NCBI GenBank assembly: GCA_937889595.1
Contig: CALAOR010000023.1
Location: forward strand, 6,614-70,613
From: an uncultured bacterium
GTDB lineage: Bacteria > Oederibacteriota > PGYV01 > Palsa-1178
Reading direction: 5' to 3'
Length of the DNA stretch: 64,000 nt
Shown: piece by piece, positions 10,072-20,793 of the stretch
How positions within the stretch are numbered: the first letter of the stretch is position 1
Layout of the letters: each line of letters opens with the position of its first letter
Notes under the pieces: generated by a model
The model's input: the letters and a program-made list of their open reading frames with translations, nothing else
The model's database searches: none
What the model was told of the DNA's origin: nothing
Program-made: the position numbers and the translations under genes

Positions 10072-10262
10072 CAGTTTTGAAGGCAGTTTGAAGGCAGTTT
10101 TGAAAGTAGTTTTATTGTTTTGCCCTATTATAATATTGCAAGGGCCGAAGGCCCGCAGCAATAGACCATGATCAAATCTCGATTCTCGACTATCGAACGA
10201 ATCCAATGAAGGATAACAGCCTTATGCCCTAAATCACCTCTCTCAAGCCCTTGCCCCTAAAC
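10072..10262. repeat. Mosaic of short tandem repeats plus a small palindrome between convergent genes
   Basis: GCAGTTT(T)GAAG repeated 3-4 times; ATTGCAAGGGCCGAAGGCCCGCAGCAAT at 10135-10162; degenerate heptamers. Confidence 0.5.
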
Positions 10263-10276
10263 GCACTCCGGCTTTG

Positions 10277-10720
10277 CTACTTTTCCTTTTCATTTACCTG
10301 TACTACGGTAAATCCTTTCGTTGTCTTTGCTATCTCAATACCCATGACAACATGTTCAAGGCCCTGGGGCATCGGGCCGTCGGAGCAGGGGTGCCCCAGG
10401 GTCACTATGATATTGTTGGGGTCCGAAGGGTCATTTCCGACCCCGGCCAGATAAGGCGGAATGCCCGCAAAATATCCGTCTATCAAAAGATATGTATTAT
10501 CCGTAAGGTTCCAATCCGTTGGCAGGGCGCCGCCGGGGCAGCAGGAATTAAGGTCGCCTGCCGTATTGACCGTGCATGTGACATACGAGCTGTTCGAACA
10601 AGCCGGCGTATCCACGCTCTTGTAAGACACGTCGTTGGCCCCCGTTACCTTATAACATTGTTTTTTGCAGCCGCACAAAGCGAGTACCAGTATCAACGCA
10701 AGAACCGCTATCCTTCTCAT
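10277..10720 (-). CDS. Hypothetical Cys-rich lipoprotein
   Basis: MRRIAVLALILVLALCGC lipobox; GGAGG RBS before ATG 10720. Confidence 0.7.
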   Translation of the reverse strand: MRRIAVLALILVLALCGCKKQCYKVTGANDVSYKSVDTPACSNSSYVTCTVNTAGDLNSCCPGGALPTDWNLTDNTYLLIDGYFAGIPPYLAGVGNDPSDPNNIIVTLGHPCSDGPMPQGLEHVVMGIEIAKTTKGFTVVQVNEKEK

Positions 10721-10894
10721 TGTTACCTCCACATATGATTGCTATTTCTGGCCATACTTCCGGCAGGCAAATGCCGGCTTCCGGCCAACCGGAAATGACG
10801 TCCGGTTCTTACCTGATAACCGCGATCTCTGCTCATTTTATTTAAGACCATTTTATTGATTACTCAACTATCAACTCGCGGTCTGATACCCTCC

Positions 10895-13051
10895 CTACTT
10901 CACGCACGCCAGTTTTGACGTTGCAGATTCATATTCGCCCCTGTTTGTCCCCGCGGTTATTTTGTAAATAAAAACTCCTGACGCAACGCCTTCATTTTTT
11001 GTGTTGCGGCCGGCCCAATAAAAATTATTATATCCTGACATGCCTTTTATTCCTTTTTGTGCTAAGACTATTTCGCCGGAAATTGTAAAAATTTTTATGG
11101 TCACGTCCGCATCCACCGTTAGATGATATACAATATTTGTATCGTCTTTAAAAGGGTTTGGGAAATTATTTTTAAGCGTGAGATGTAATGGCTTGGGTGT
11201 GGGCGTGGCGGTCGGCGTCTGGGTTTTAGTCGCGGTTATGGTGGCTGTTGCAGTCGAAGTAAAGGTCGGTGGCGGTGTGCGTGACGGCGTTGAAGTAGGA
11301 GACGGAGTTGAAGTGACTGTCGATGTCGGGGAAAATGACGCAGTGGAAGTCAAGGTCCCGCTCGGTGTGTTTGTAGGTGTACGGCTTGGGGTGCATGTAT
11401 TGCTGGCCGTGACGGTGTCTGTCGGTGTGCCGCAGGTACCGGAAATACTGGTGATTATGTCATTTGTAATAGAAGCCGGATATTCGCTGCAATATACAGC
11501 CGCGGTATTTGTTATGTTTGAAGCGCACTGTGATACCACAGCCTGGAATGTGTAAGACGTTATGGTATCAGGAACTATAGTGCCGGCGTTCCAGGTGATT
11601 ATGCCTGATGATATGGATGCGGGCCCGGTCGCTGAACCGGCCACGTAATCTACGCCGGACGGCAGTGTGTCCGCAATGACTACGTTTGTGCAAGGGCCCG
11701 GAGAATTCGTTGAATTCAATGTTATGGTGTACGAAATAGTATCACCATAATTTGCGTTAAGCTTATCCGCTGTTTTATAAATAGTCAGCGGTGGCCCAAA
11801 TTCATATATGCCGTTGCCATCCACGCTGTCTAGAAGGCAGCTTCCACTGATGACAGGAGAAATCATATCAAACCCCTGAAAGTCGCCGCTGGTAAGGGTA
11901 TACTGCCAGAGTATTGTGCCGGCGTCAGCTCTGCCGGCTCCGCCGACTGCGTATATTTTTTTTGATCTGCCGGCATTTACAAATACAATATTATTGTCTG
12001 AAACTGAAGGGCATGAATATACCGCGTCTACAGTCACGCCGAGCTTGACGGGGAATCCCGGCTGTGGGGCTCCTGTATTAGTGTCAAAAGAATACAGATT
12101 TGAAAGTCCGTCCAGTGCGTAAATATAATTATCATAAATGCACATGCCGCCGTATGCGCTGTAATATCCGGAATTAATTTGACCGGCAGAAACAGGAAAT
12201 CCGGATAGTGATAGTCCGGTGGCTATGTCATATGCGTAAATATTCAGGTTTGTGGCAGCGTCGGACCGCGCATAAACATATACTTTATTGTTTCTTATGG
12301 AGGGGATGGCACGGTTGTAATAGTTGCCCGACAGCGCCGGGAGGGATATGGGAAAACCTGGCAGTATGCTTCCGTCAGAAGCAAAACCATGCAACTGTGC
12401 GTCATTTATCCGGTATATGAAAATACGTTCGTTGTCTACGTTTATTCCTGGCGTATTGGGATTAAATGGCACCGGCAATAGTGCGGGAAAACCTGTTTTA
12501 ATGCTGCCGGTTTCCTTATCAAAAACCCATATCCCATTCGTCGTAGTTGATGGGAGATATACATACACGTATTTCTTATCGCATACCGGCCCCATAAATT
12601 CTGAACTATTGCTAATAGTTCCGGGCATTGGATATGACCATAGAATAAGTCCGGTTGTCCTGTCCATACAGTATGTATAAGGTTTATAGAGTGAATCTAT
12701 ATGCAGCCCGTATATTTGCTCGCCGGAAATTGCGGGTGTGCTATTCTTTAAATATATATTTGGGTATACTGCAATTTGCGCTCCTGTTACAAAATCATAT
12801 GCGGCTATACCGCCGGATACACTTGCCTGATAGACACTGCTTTCAGACGCGATTAGTCCATTTTCTTCAGTGGTGTGGCCGGCCGAAAACCATTTAAGTA
12901 CAAGCGGCATTTGAATAGGGTTGCTGCTGCGCCCTGTAGCCTGCGTGTCGCCGCGGAAATTCGGCCAGTCCGCCCCAAAGGAAAAGGAGAAATTAAATAA
13001 AAAAAATAAACAAGCCAGCAGCGTAATTTGTAATTTTTTTATGTTTGTCAT
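10895..13051 (-). CDS. Secreted PQQ-like beta-propeller + DUF11-like Ig + Thr-rich linker + FlgD-Ig/T9SS-like C-terminal domain protein
   Basis: Signal peptide, DWPNFRGD, repeated GFP motifs, KTADK..GDTISYTI..DTLP, TPT repeats, NFPNPF..IKIF..SGE..W.G...ASGVFIY. Alternative start at 13072. Confidence 0.8.
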   Translation of the reverse strand: MTNIKKLQITLLACLFFLFNFSFSFGADWPNFRGDTQATGRSSNPIQMPLVLKWFSAGHTTEENGLIASESSVYQASVSGGIAAYDFVTGAQIAVYPNIYLKNSTPAISGEQIYGLHIDSLYKPYTYCMDRTTGLILWSYPMPGTISNSSEFMGPVCDKKYVYVYLPSTTTNGIWVFDKETGSIKTGFPALLPVPFNPNTPGINVDNERIFIYRINDAQLHGFASDGSILPGFPISLPALSGNYYNRAIPSIRNNKVYVYARSDAATNLNIYAYDIATGLSLSGFPVSAGQINSGYYSAYGGMCIYDNYIYALDGLSNLYSFDTNTGAPQPGFPVKLGVTVDAVYSCPSVSDNNIVFVNAGRSKKIYAVGGAGRADAGTILWQYTLTSGDFQGFDMISPVISGSCLLDSVDGNGIYEFGPPLTIYKTADKLNANYGDTISYTITLNSTNSPGPCTNVVIADTLPSGVDYVAGSATGPASISSGIITWNAGTIVPDTITSYTFQAVVSQCASNITNTAAVYCSEYPASITNDIITSISGTCGTPTDTVTASNTCTPSRTPTNTPSGTLTSTASFSPTSTVTSTPSPTSTPSRTPPPTFTSTATATITATKTQTPTATPTPKPLHLTLKNNFPNPFKDDTNIVYHLTVDADVTIKIFTISGEIVLAQKGIKGMSGYNNFYWAGRNTKNEGVASGVFIYKITAGTNRGEYESATSKLACVK

Positions 13052-13123
13052 TTTTCCCCGTTTTCTCGTCATGAATACTAACCTGTATTATATTATATAT
13101 CATAATCCGGTTTTTTATAGCGT

Positions 13124-13764
13124 TTACTTTTCCTTTATAAAATCCTTAAGCTCTATAAAGTACTCAGGCGTCTCCCCTCGCACAAAACCTATCCCGTCGG
13201 CAAACCAGTTGTCCTCTGTCCTTGTTTTATTATTTCCCTCGTCGCGCACCATCCTCACGTGGAAGACCTCGTATCCTTGCCCTTAAAAACAAACTTTTCC
13301 GAATCCATGACCGTGAATTTCACCTTTATTTCCTGGTTCATCTTGAACGGCGTCAGGTTAGCCTCGGCGTTTATTTTCTGCTCCCACGCGTCGCCCACCT
13401 TATACGGCAGTTTTATGAACTGTATTTCGGGGGTTAAGTAAACGTCCAGGGTCACGAATTTCAGCACGGGAAAAGGGTATTTCAGGACTTTCATATAACC
13501 AAAATTTTCGTCCAGCCTGACCAGAAAACGCACGTCCACGGACGGAGCCGAGTAGTAGTAATACTCCTGACCCGCTATCTTTTCTCTTTTTATTATGGAA
13601 GCCGTGACAACAAGCTTTTTTTGGGGCGTATTTTTCATGTAACCTTCGTATGTCCAGGTGTATCCGTCGCCAACGGGGAAAAAGTCGGATGAAAAGGCCG
13701 GGGCAAATGCAAAGAGGATGGTAATTGCCGCCATAACACTGATCGTTGCGGGGTGTTTTTTCAT
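13124..13764 (-). pseudogene. Exported hypothetical protein interrupted by a frameshift near 13274
   Basis: The ORF ends KGKDTRSST*, but the shifted frame continues YEVFHVRMVRDEGNNKTRTEDNWFADGIGFVRGETPEYFIELKDFIKEK* to TAA at 13124. Confidence 0.7.
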
Positions 13765-13872
13765 TTATGCCTCCATTTGATTGCTGAATAAACCAGCCCT
13801 CAGTAAACTGCCGGGGCATTACCAAATTATATCAATTTTTTTTATACTTCACAATATTTTTATTGATTACAT

Positions 13873-13939
13873 GATACTGTCCGAAACCCTATAAATCCAT
13901 GTAATTCTTTCTATCATTAAGGATTTTTCCGACAGTATC
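13873..13939. mobile_element. MITE, 67-bp copy
   Basis: Termini GATACTGTCCGAAA / TTTCCGACAGTATC; flanking direct repeat TACAT (13868-72, 13940-44); homologous to 42667-42841. Confidence 0.8.
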
Positions 13940-13968
13940 TACATGCCACTGCTCCGCCCACAAAAACA

Positions 13969-14002
13969 AAAAAGACGGAAGAATAATTACTTCCGTCTTT
14001 TT
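13969..14002 (-). terminator. Intrinsic (probably bidirectional) terminator of the TCA operon
   Basis: AAAAAGACGGAAG-N8-CTTCCGTCTTTTT just past the sdhB stop. Confidence 0.8.
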
Positions 14003-14032
14003 GCTTTAAACTTTTATGAAAATTTAGGCTAC

Positions 14033-14746
14033 TTATATCTTTCCTGTCAGTTTTGACATGAATGACTTTCCCCTGAGCTTTAATATCGCGTTTGTCGGGT
14101 CTATGTCCTTCGGGCATACCTGCTGGCAGTTGAATATGGTGTGGCACCTGAAAATACCCTCGTCGTTCGCCACTATTGCAAGCCTTTCCTGCGTTTTGCC
14201 GTCCCTTGAATCATTGATGAACCTTAATGCCGCCACGAGCGCCTGGGGGCCCAGATATTTCGGGTTTGTGGACGCCACCGGGCACGAGCCGTAACAGGCC
14301 GCGCACAGGATGCAGTCCACGAGCTTGTCTATTTTACCGCGTTCTTTTTCCGACTGCGTGAATTCTTTCGCGGGCTCGGCTTTTTCCGGCTGCAAATACG
14401 GCTCTATCTTTTTGTAATTGTCGAAGAAAGGCTTTAAATCCACCACAAGGTCCTTAAGTATCGTGAGGTGTGAGAGCGGCCTTACAGTTATTAAATCCGA
14501 ATTAAGGGCCGATACCTGCGTGCGGCAGGCAAGCCTGTACTGTCCGTTAATGTGCATGGCGCATGAACCGCATATGGCTGCCCTGCATGAAGAACGGAAC
14601 GCCAGCGTGGCGTCGAGGTTTTCCAGTATGTAGTAAAGCCCCTCGAGCACTGTCAGTCCTTTTTCATACGGGACCTTATAGTCCTGAAAATGCGCTTCCT
14701 GGTCCTTTTCCGGGTCATACCTGAGTATCCTGAATGTTTTTTCCAT
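14033..14746 (-). CDS. sdhB: Succinate dehydrogenase/fumarate reductase Fe-S subunit
   Basis: SCRAAICGSC, CILCAACYGSCP, CHTIFNCQQVCP. Confidence 0.95.
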   Translation of the reverse strand: MEKTFRILRYDPEKDQEAHFQDYKVPYEKGLTVLEGLYYILENLDATLAFRSSCRAAICGSCAMHINGQYRLACRTQVSALNSDLITVRPLSHLTILKDLVVDLKPFFDNYKKIEPYLQPEKAEPAKEFTQSEKERGKIDKLVDCILCAACYGSCPVASTNPKYLGPQALVAALRFINDSRDGKTQERLAIVANDEGIFRCHTIFNCQQVCPKDIDPTNAILKLRGKSFMSKLTGKI

Positions 14747-16449
14747 TAGTATTTCCTTTCTACCGGCTGATATTTTGTCACCACAACCGGTTTGTAAGTA
14801 ATTACCGGTGCTTTGTCGTTAAATACGGCCACAGTGTGTTTCATCCAGTTATCATCGTCCCTTTTGGCGAAATCCGTCCTTGAGTGCGAGCCCCTGCTTT
14901 CTTTTCTCGCCAGCGCGCCGGCTGCTATTACCACGGCTATGTCTATGGAGCCTTTCATTTCCAGGTACCACAAAAGGTCGTAATTGTATATTTTGCCGCT
15001 TTTAACCGGCCTTGAATCCCGGTTATACCTTATCCGCAGTTCCTTTATCTCATCGACTGCTTTTTTCATGTTAGTTTCTTCCCTGAAAATACCGACCTTG
15101 TCGTCCATTACCGTAGAAACCTGTTTTTTAATTTCATACGGGTTTTCTTTGCCGCCGTTCTTAAAAAGGCCTTCCACGTATTTTACCTGTTCTTTTTTCG
15201 CTTTTTCCGCTATCCGGGTGTTTTTTTCTTTTTCCGCCTTTAAGTTCTTCGCGGCGTGTTCCCCGGCGCGCCTGCCGAATACTATGGTTTCCAAAAGCGA
15301 ATTCCCGCCGAGCCTGTTCGCGCCGTGCACGCTTACGCAAGCCGCCTCGCCCGCAGCATAAAAATTCCTGACGCTTGTCGCGCCGTCGAAATTCGTGTCA
15401 ATGCCGCCCATGGTGTAGTGCATGACCGGATGTATGGGGATAGGCTGTTTTATCGGGTCCACACCGAGGAAATCTATGCAGATATCCCTGATGCCCGGGA
15501 GCCTTTCCATGATCTTCTTTTTGCCCAGGTGCCGCAGGTCAAGGTACACGTACTTGCCTCCGTTAATTCCCCTGCCCTGGTTTATTTCCGTCTGGATGCA
15601 GCGCGACGTGATGTCCCGGGGCGCCAGCTCCATTATCTTTTCCGACACGTAATTTTTCATGAACCGCTCGCCTGCGTTGTTCAAAAGATACCCGCCCTCG
15701 CCGCGGCAGCCTTCGGTCATGAGTATGTATTTGCCTATTATACCCGTCGGGTGGAACTGTATGAATTCCATATCCTTTATAGCCACGCCTTCCCAGAAAG
15801 GTATGGCAACTCCCAGTCCCGTGGAAACATGCGCGTTCGTAGTCTTTCCGTATATCCTTCCCGAGCCGCCTGTGGCGAATATGACCGAAGACGAGGCAAA
15901 CGAAACTATGTCGCCTGTGCCTAGATTCAATGCCACCACACCCCGCGCCTGGTTGTCTTCCACTACAAGTTTCATGACAAAAAATTCCTCGTAAAACTTT
16001 ATGTTGCGTTTAACGCACTGCTGGTAAAGCGCGTGCAGCATGAAATGCCCTGTTTTATCCGTGCCATAGCAGGTCCTGGGATAAGCGGCCCCGCCAAACG
16101 GCCTCTGCGCTATGGTCCCGTCCTTAAAACGCGAGAACGGACAGCCCCAGTGTTCAAGCTCATATATGCGCGCGGGCGCCTCGTTTGTCATTACATCTAC
16201 AGCGTCCTGGTCGGCCAGGAAGTCGCTGCCTTTTACCGTGTCATACGCGTGCTTGTCCGGCGTATCGTCGCGTCCGTCAGGGTTGTTCGCGAGCGCAGCG
16301 TTGACCCCACCCTGTGCGGCCCCCGAATGAGACCGTAAAGGGTGGACTTTTGTTATAACAGCCACGTCTTTTCCAAGGTCGCTGGCCTCAATTGCCGCGC
16401 GCAGACCCGCGAGCCCCGCACCTACTATGATTATGTCATGATATATCAT
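14746..16449 (-). CDS. sdhA: Succinate dehydrogenase/fumarate reductase flavoprotein
   Basis: [16 protein letters not shown] (FAD-His), [14 protein letters not shown]. Confidence 0.95.
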   Translation of the reverse strand: MIYHDIIIVGAGLAGLRAAIEASDLGKDVAVITKVHPLRSHSGAAQGGVNAALANNPDGRDDTPDKHAYDTVKGSDFLADQDAVDVMTNEAPARIYELEHWGCPFSRFKDGTIAQRPFGGAAYPRTCYGTDKTGHFMLHALYQQCVKRNIKFYEEFFVMKLVVEDNQARGVVALNLGTGDIVSFASSSVIFATGGSGRIYGKTTNAHVSTGLGVAIPFWEGVAIKDMEFIQFHPTGIIGKYILMTEGCRGEGGYLLNNAGERFMKNYVSEKIMELAPRDITSRCIQTEINQGRGINGGKYVYLDLRHLGKKKIMERLPGIRDICIDFLGVDPIKQPIPIHPVMHYTMGGIDTNFDGATSVRNFYAAGEAACVSVHGANRLGGNSLLETIVFGRRAGEHAAKNLKAEKEKNTRIAEKAKKEQVKYVEGLFKNGGKENPYEIKKQVSTVMDDKVGIFREETNMKKAVDEIKELRIRYNRDSRPVKSGKIYNYDLLWYLEMKGSIDIAVVIAAGALARKESRGSHSRTDFAKRDDDNWMKHTVAVFNDKAPVITYKPVVVTKYQPVERKY

Positions 16450-16856
16450 TTTAAACTCCCTCCTGCCTCGGAAAGGACATTCGTTAATATCATCCTAGCC
16501 GTATAAGCCATGAAAACCACAAGCGCAGCCATGAATATCCAGAACAGTACCTTATGCGCTTTTGAAAGACCGGTCAAGTCGATTATCAGGAGCCTGACGC
16601 CGTTTATAAGGTGGAAAAATATCACGCCGATAAGCCCTATTTCCAGGATATGAAAGAACGGGGTCTGCACCTTTGCCAGCGCAGTGTCGAAATTTACGTG
16701 GCCGTGCACGGCGGAGCCTATCACAAAAGCATGCATTAAAAAATAAACCAGTAAAAGCACGCCTGTAACCCTGTGAAGCAGCCAGGCTATAGTGCCGGTA
16801 TTAAAATTAAGCGTGAAATCATCGTACAGTTTTACAAGCTGATTTTTTTTGCGCAT
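16446..16856 (-). CDS. sdhC: Succinate dehydrogenase cytochrome b556 subunit
   Basis: Start re-called at MRKKN (TAATG overlap); HRVTG and FHLINGVR haem motifs. Confidence 0.85.
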   Translation of the reverse strand: MRKKNQLVKLYDDFTLNFNTGTIAWLLHRVTGVLLLVYFLMHAFVIGSAVHGHVNFDTALAKVQTPFFHILEIGLIGVIFFHLINGVRLLIIDLTGLSKAHKVLFWIFMAALVVFMAYTARMILTNVLSEAGGSLK

Positions 16857-17221
16857 TATTTTACACCCCCCAGCAGCGAATTGACGGCGATAATTCCCAG
16901 AACTGTCAAAGATATCCCGATTACCCAAAATACGGCGCCGGTTATTTTCCTGGCTTTTTCCGGCGGGTTGTAATCCACAAACACGGACCATGCCCCGTTA
17001 AAAGCGTGGAACAAAAGCGCGGGTATAAAAATGAAATAAAACACCTTGTAAAAAACCGGGTTTGCCGCGAATTTTTCCGCGACCGACGCGAATGTGATCG
17101 TTCCCTTCCTGATAAAGTGCAGGATCACAATGTGCATGCCGAGAAAATACACAAGCAGCAAAGCGGTGACGCGCTGGAAAAACCATAAAAATTCTCCTCT
17201 TGCCTTTACATGTGCGGACAT
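16856..17221 (-). CDS. sdhD: Succinate dehydrogenase hydrophobic anchor subunit
   Basis: WFFQRVTA, FHAFNG..VFVDY; 3 TM helices. Confidence 0.8.
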   Translation of the reverse strand: MSAHVKARGEFLWFFQRVTALLLVYFLGMHIVILHFIRKGTITFASVAEKFAANPVFYKVFYFIFIPALLFHAFNGAWSVFVDYNPPEKARKITGAVFWVIGISLTVLGIIAVNSLLGGVK

Positions 17222-17265
17222 TTATTTACCTCCATAAAATATTTATATACGGTTAAAACCGTTTG

Positions 17266-17826
17266 TTATTTTACAGCGTAGAGCTTCCTGCCCTGTTCGT
17301 ACAGGTCGTTGCCGTAGATATCGTTGATGACAACTGCTGGAAAATCCTTAACTTCTATCCTTCTTATGGCCTCGGGCCCCAGGTCTTCGTACGCGATAAC
17401 CTCGGAACTTACTATCCGTTTGGATATCAGGGCCCCTGCCCCGCCTATTGCCGCAAAATACACGGCCTTAAAGTCCATCATTGCTTTTTTTACCTTTTCA
17501 TCCCGCGCGCCCTTGCCTATCATGCCTAAAAGGCCTTTTTCCATGAGCGCAGGCGCGTACGCGTCCATTCTCCCGCTCGTGGTCGGACCTGCGGACCCGA
17601 TTATTTCCCCGGGCTTGGGCGGCGTAGGCCCCACATAGTAAATGAACTGCCCGCTTATTTCCACCGGAAGGGGCTTGCCCTGCTGTATAAGTTCAAAAAG
17701 CCTTTTATGGGCAGCGTCCCTGCCTGTGAGCATACTGCCGGAAATCAGCACCCTGTCCCCGGCTTTGAGTTTTTCAATAACGCTCCTGTCTGCCGGTACC
17801 TTAATGTGAATGATTTTTTCTTCCAT
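17266..17826 (-). CDS. Class I (Fe-S) fumarate hydratase beta subunit
   Basis: GRDAAHKR, GPTTSGRMD, GMIGKG, DLGPEA. Confidence 0.9.
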   Translation of the reverse strand: MEEKIIHIKVPADRSVIEKLKAGDRVLISGSMLTGRDAAHKRLFELIQQGKPLPVEISGQFIYYVGPTPPKPGEIIGSAGPTTSGRMDAYAPALMEKGLLGMIGKGARDEKVKKAMMDFKAVYFAAIGGAGALISKRIVSSEVIAYEDLGPEAIRRIEVKDFPAVVINDIYGNDLYEQGRKLYAVK

Positions 17827-17939
17827 TTTATTCAGCCTTCTTTTTCAGTTTTCATTGAAATTACCGGGTCCATAACCGTACAGGCAAAGCCGTCGAAGGT
17901 TGCGCCTGCAAAAACTAAACCCTGCAGCGCGTATATTTT

Positions 17940-18785
17940 TTACAACATCACGGATTTGTGCCTTGACGCGTGGCACTGTATGTTCACGGCCACGGGCAGG
18001 GACGCTATGTGGCACGGGTATGTTTCCACGTTTACCTGCATTGCCGTTATCCTGCCGCCGAAACCCGCGGGTCCTATGCCTGTTTTATTTATAAGCACCA
18101 GAAGTTCGTTTTCAAGCGCTGCTTTTTTTTCATCAGGATTGCTTTTACCGAACGGCCTTAACACGGCTTTTTTTGAAAGCAGGGCCGCCTTTTCAAACGT
18201 GCCGCCTATGCCTACACCCACTATGATGGGAGGGCACGGGTTTGGCCCGGCCTTTAGCACGGTGTCAACCACAAATTCTTTCACGCCTTCAATGCCCTGC
18301 GAGGGTTTGAGCATTTTTATCGCGCTCATATTCTCGCTGCCGCCGCCTTTTGGCGCGACCTCGATGAGCAAGGCATCCCCGGGAACTATCTCATAATAAA
18401 TAACAGCGGGGGTGTTATCATTGGTATTTTTGCGTTCGATCGGGTCGGAGAGCACTGATTTCCGCAGATATCCTTCTTTGTATCCCTGCCTGACGCCTTC
18501 GTTTATGGCGTCTTCAATGCCTCCGCCGATAACATGCGCGTCCTGCCCGATCTTTACGAATACTATCGTGATGCCCGTATCCTGGCACACGGGCATTTTT
18601 TCCCGCTCGGCTATCGCTGCGTTTTCCTCAAGTATATGGAAGACTTCCCTGCCTGCCCCGGATTCCTCCAGGCCCGCGAACTTGTGAAAAGCGGCTTTTA
18701 ACGGCTCTTCAAGGTATATGTTCGCTTCAATGCAGAGTTTTTTTACGCTGTCGGTTATTTGATCGGCCTTTATTTCCCTTGCCAT
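17940..18785 (-). CDS. Class I (Fe-S) fumarate hydratase alpha subunit
   Basis: CQDTG, KGGGSEN, CPP, CHIASLPVA, CHASRH. Confidence 0.9.
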   Translation of the reverse strand: MAREIKADQITDSVKKLCIEANIYLEEPLKAAFHKFAGLEESGAGREVFHILEENAAIAEREKMPVCQDTGITIVFVKIGQDAHVIGGGIEDAINEGVRQGYKEGYLRKSVLSDPIERKNTNDNTPAVIYYEIVPGDALLIEVAPKGGGSENMSAIKMLKPSQGIEGVKEFVVDTVLKAGPNPCPPIIVGVGIGGTFEKAALLSKKAVLRPFGKSNPDEKKAALENELLVLINKTGIGPAGFGGRITAMQVNVETYPCHIASLPVAVNIQCHASRHKSVML

Positions 18786-18988
18786 TTTTAGCCACTGCCT
18801 TTTTTCCTGATGTAATTACAATAAATAGCTTAAAAAACATGCCCTGTTTTTTCGGGTTTGTTCCTGGTGTGCAGACCTAAGGAAGATATGGGAATGAAAA
18901 CTACGCCTGCTTTTTTTCAGCCATACCTTAAGTGCATATCGGCAATTTTATTATTGGGTCATTATTCGGCTGCATTATCTCATACATG

Positions 18989-19915
18989 TCATGCCCCGTA
19001 AATACTTTTTATCCCGCTTTTTACGGATTCCACGGATTTTGCGAGCGCTGCTTTTTCATCAGTTGAAAGTTCCACTTCTATTATCTTTTCAACGCCGTTT
19101 TTTCCGAGTATGACAGGCACGCCGCAGTAAACATCTTTTGCGCCGTATTCGCCGTTTAAATAAACAGCCGCTGTTAAGAGCCTTTTTTCATCCTTTGCTA
19201 TGGCTTCGGCCATAAGCACTGCGGAAGCCGCCGGTGCATAGAAAGCCGAGCCTGTTTTCAAAAGCGCCACGATCTCGCCGCCGCCTTTTCTTGTGCGGTC
19301 TATAAGCGCGTTTATTTTTTCATCGGGCATAAGTTCCGAAAGCGGTATACCGGAAACCGACGCGAACCTTTTTACCGGCACCATGTCGTCCCCGTGCCCG
19401 CCGAGCACCAGCGCGCTCACGTCCTTCATGGATACATCCAAAGCCTCGGCTATAAAGGCCCTGAACCTGGTGGAATCCAGCACTCCGGCCATCCCGATCA
19501 CTTTTTTATTGTTAAAACCCGTGGCCTTAAACATCGCGTACGCCATTACGTCAAGCGGGTTTGTAACGACTATAACTACCGCGTTTGGAGCGTATTTTTT
19601 TATGCTCCCCGCCGCGTTCTCGACTATTTCCTTGTTCTTTAAAAGCAGGTCCATCCTGTCCATGCCGGGTTTCCTGGGTAATCCCGCGGTCATTATGACT
19701 ATGTCGGACCCTGTTATGTCCGCGTAATTATTGCTGCCTTTTGTGAACGTGCTATAATGCTCAACCGGACCCGCCTGCAGCATGTCAAGCATCTTTCCCT
19801 GCGGCATTCCCTCCACAATATCTACGACCGCTATTTCCCTGGCTATTTCTTTTTCCGCGAGGAACAGCGCTGTCGAAGCCCCTACGTTGCCCGAACCGAT
19901 TACGCTTATTTTCAT
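18989..19915 (-). CDS. mdh: Malate dehydrogenase
   Basis: [26 protein letters not shown]. Confidence 0.95.
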   Translation of the reverse strand: MKISVIGSGNVGASTALFLAEKEIAREIAVVDIVEGMPQGKMLDMLQAGPVEHYSTFTKGSNNYADITGSDIVIMTAGLPRKPGMDRMDLLLKNKEIVENAAGSIKKYAPNAVVIVVTNPLDVMAYAMFKATGFNNKKVIGMAGVLDSTRFRAFIAEALDVSMKDVSALVLGGHGDDMVPVKRFASVSGIPLSELMPDEKINALIDRTRKGGGEIVALLKTGSAFYAPAASAVLMAEAIAKDEKRLLTAAVYLNGEYGAKDVYCGVPVILGKNGVEKIIEVELSTDEKAALAKSVESVKSGIKSIYGA

Positions 19916-20793
19916 CCTGCCGCTCCCACGGTTAATTTATGCGCAAGAAGTTCCGCTATGCCCTGCGGAGTGTTGGCCACTTCCACACCCGCGTCATTTA
20001 ACGCCCTTATCTTTGCCTCGGCTGTACCGCTCGTTCCCGAGATAATAGCGCCGGCATGGCCCATGCGTTTTCCCGGAGGCGCAGTCCTGCCCGCTATGAA
20101 TGAAACTACGGGCTTTTTCATGGTAGCTATGAATTTCGCCGCTTCTTCCTCGTCTGATCCGCCTATCTCGCCTATCATGGCGACTGCGGTTGTTTCCGGG
20201 TCCTTTTCAAAAAGTGTCAGCGCGTCTATAAAACTCGTGCCGACTATGGGGTCTCCGCCTATACCGATGCAGGTGGACTGGCCTATGCCCGCTTTGGTCA
20301 TGTTGTAAACTACTTCGTACGTTAAAGTGCCGCTCCTTGATACTACGCCGACTCCGCCTTTTAAGTGTATGTCCGCGGACATTATGCCCACTTTTGATTT
20401 TCCCGGCGATATCAGACCCGGACAGTTGGGGCCTATGTACCTGATGTTTTTCGACCGTAAATACCTGTCGATCTTAAGCATGTCGTGCACAGGCAGCCCT
20501 TCGGTTACTATTATTATGAGTGCTACCCCCGAATCCGCCGCCTCGTAAACAGCGTCCGCTGCAAAAACCGGCGGCACAAATATTATCGACGTGTTGGCTC
20601 CGGTTGCCTTTACCGCTTCAGCCATGCCGTCATAGACCGGTATATCGTGTTCCTTGTGCCCGCCCTTTCCAGGCGTGACGCCGGCCACAACTTTGGTGCC
20701 GTACTCAAGCATTTTTTTCGCATGAAAACTTCCGTCCCTGCCTGTTATTCCCTGTACAATTACTTTTGTTGATTCATCAATTAGTATGCTCAT
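19912..20793 (-). CDS. sucD: Succinyl-CoA synthetase alpha subunit
   Basis: [27 protein letters not shown]. Confidence 0.96.
   Translation of the reverse strand: MSILIDESTKVIVQGITGRDGSFHAKKMLEYGTKVVAGVTPGKGGHKEHDIPVYDGMAEAVKATGANTSIIFVPPVFAADAVYEAADSGVALIIIVTEGLPVHDMLKIDRYLRSKNIRYIGPNCPGLISPGKSKVGIMSADIHLKGGVGVVSRSGTLTYEVVYNMTKAGIGQSTCIGIGGDPIVGTSFIDALTLFEKDPETTAVAMIGEIGGSDEEEAAKFIATMKKPVVSFIAGRTAPPGKRMGHAGAIISGTSGTAEAKIRALNDAGVEVANTPQGIAELLAHKLTVGAAG

Noticed and set aside
17880-17930. GGCAAA..GAAGG..GCAAAA resembling a c-di-GMP-I riboswitch
   Set aside because: Antisense to the operon, and the stems do not pair properly.
18786-18988. 200-bp gap between mdh and fumarase as possible ncRNA or small gene
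   Set aside because: Only a 19-codon ORF and no convincing structure.
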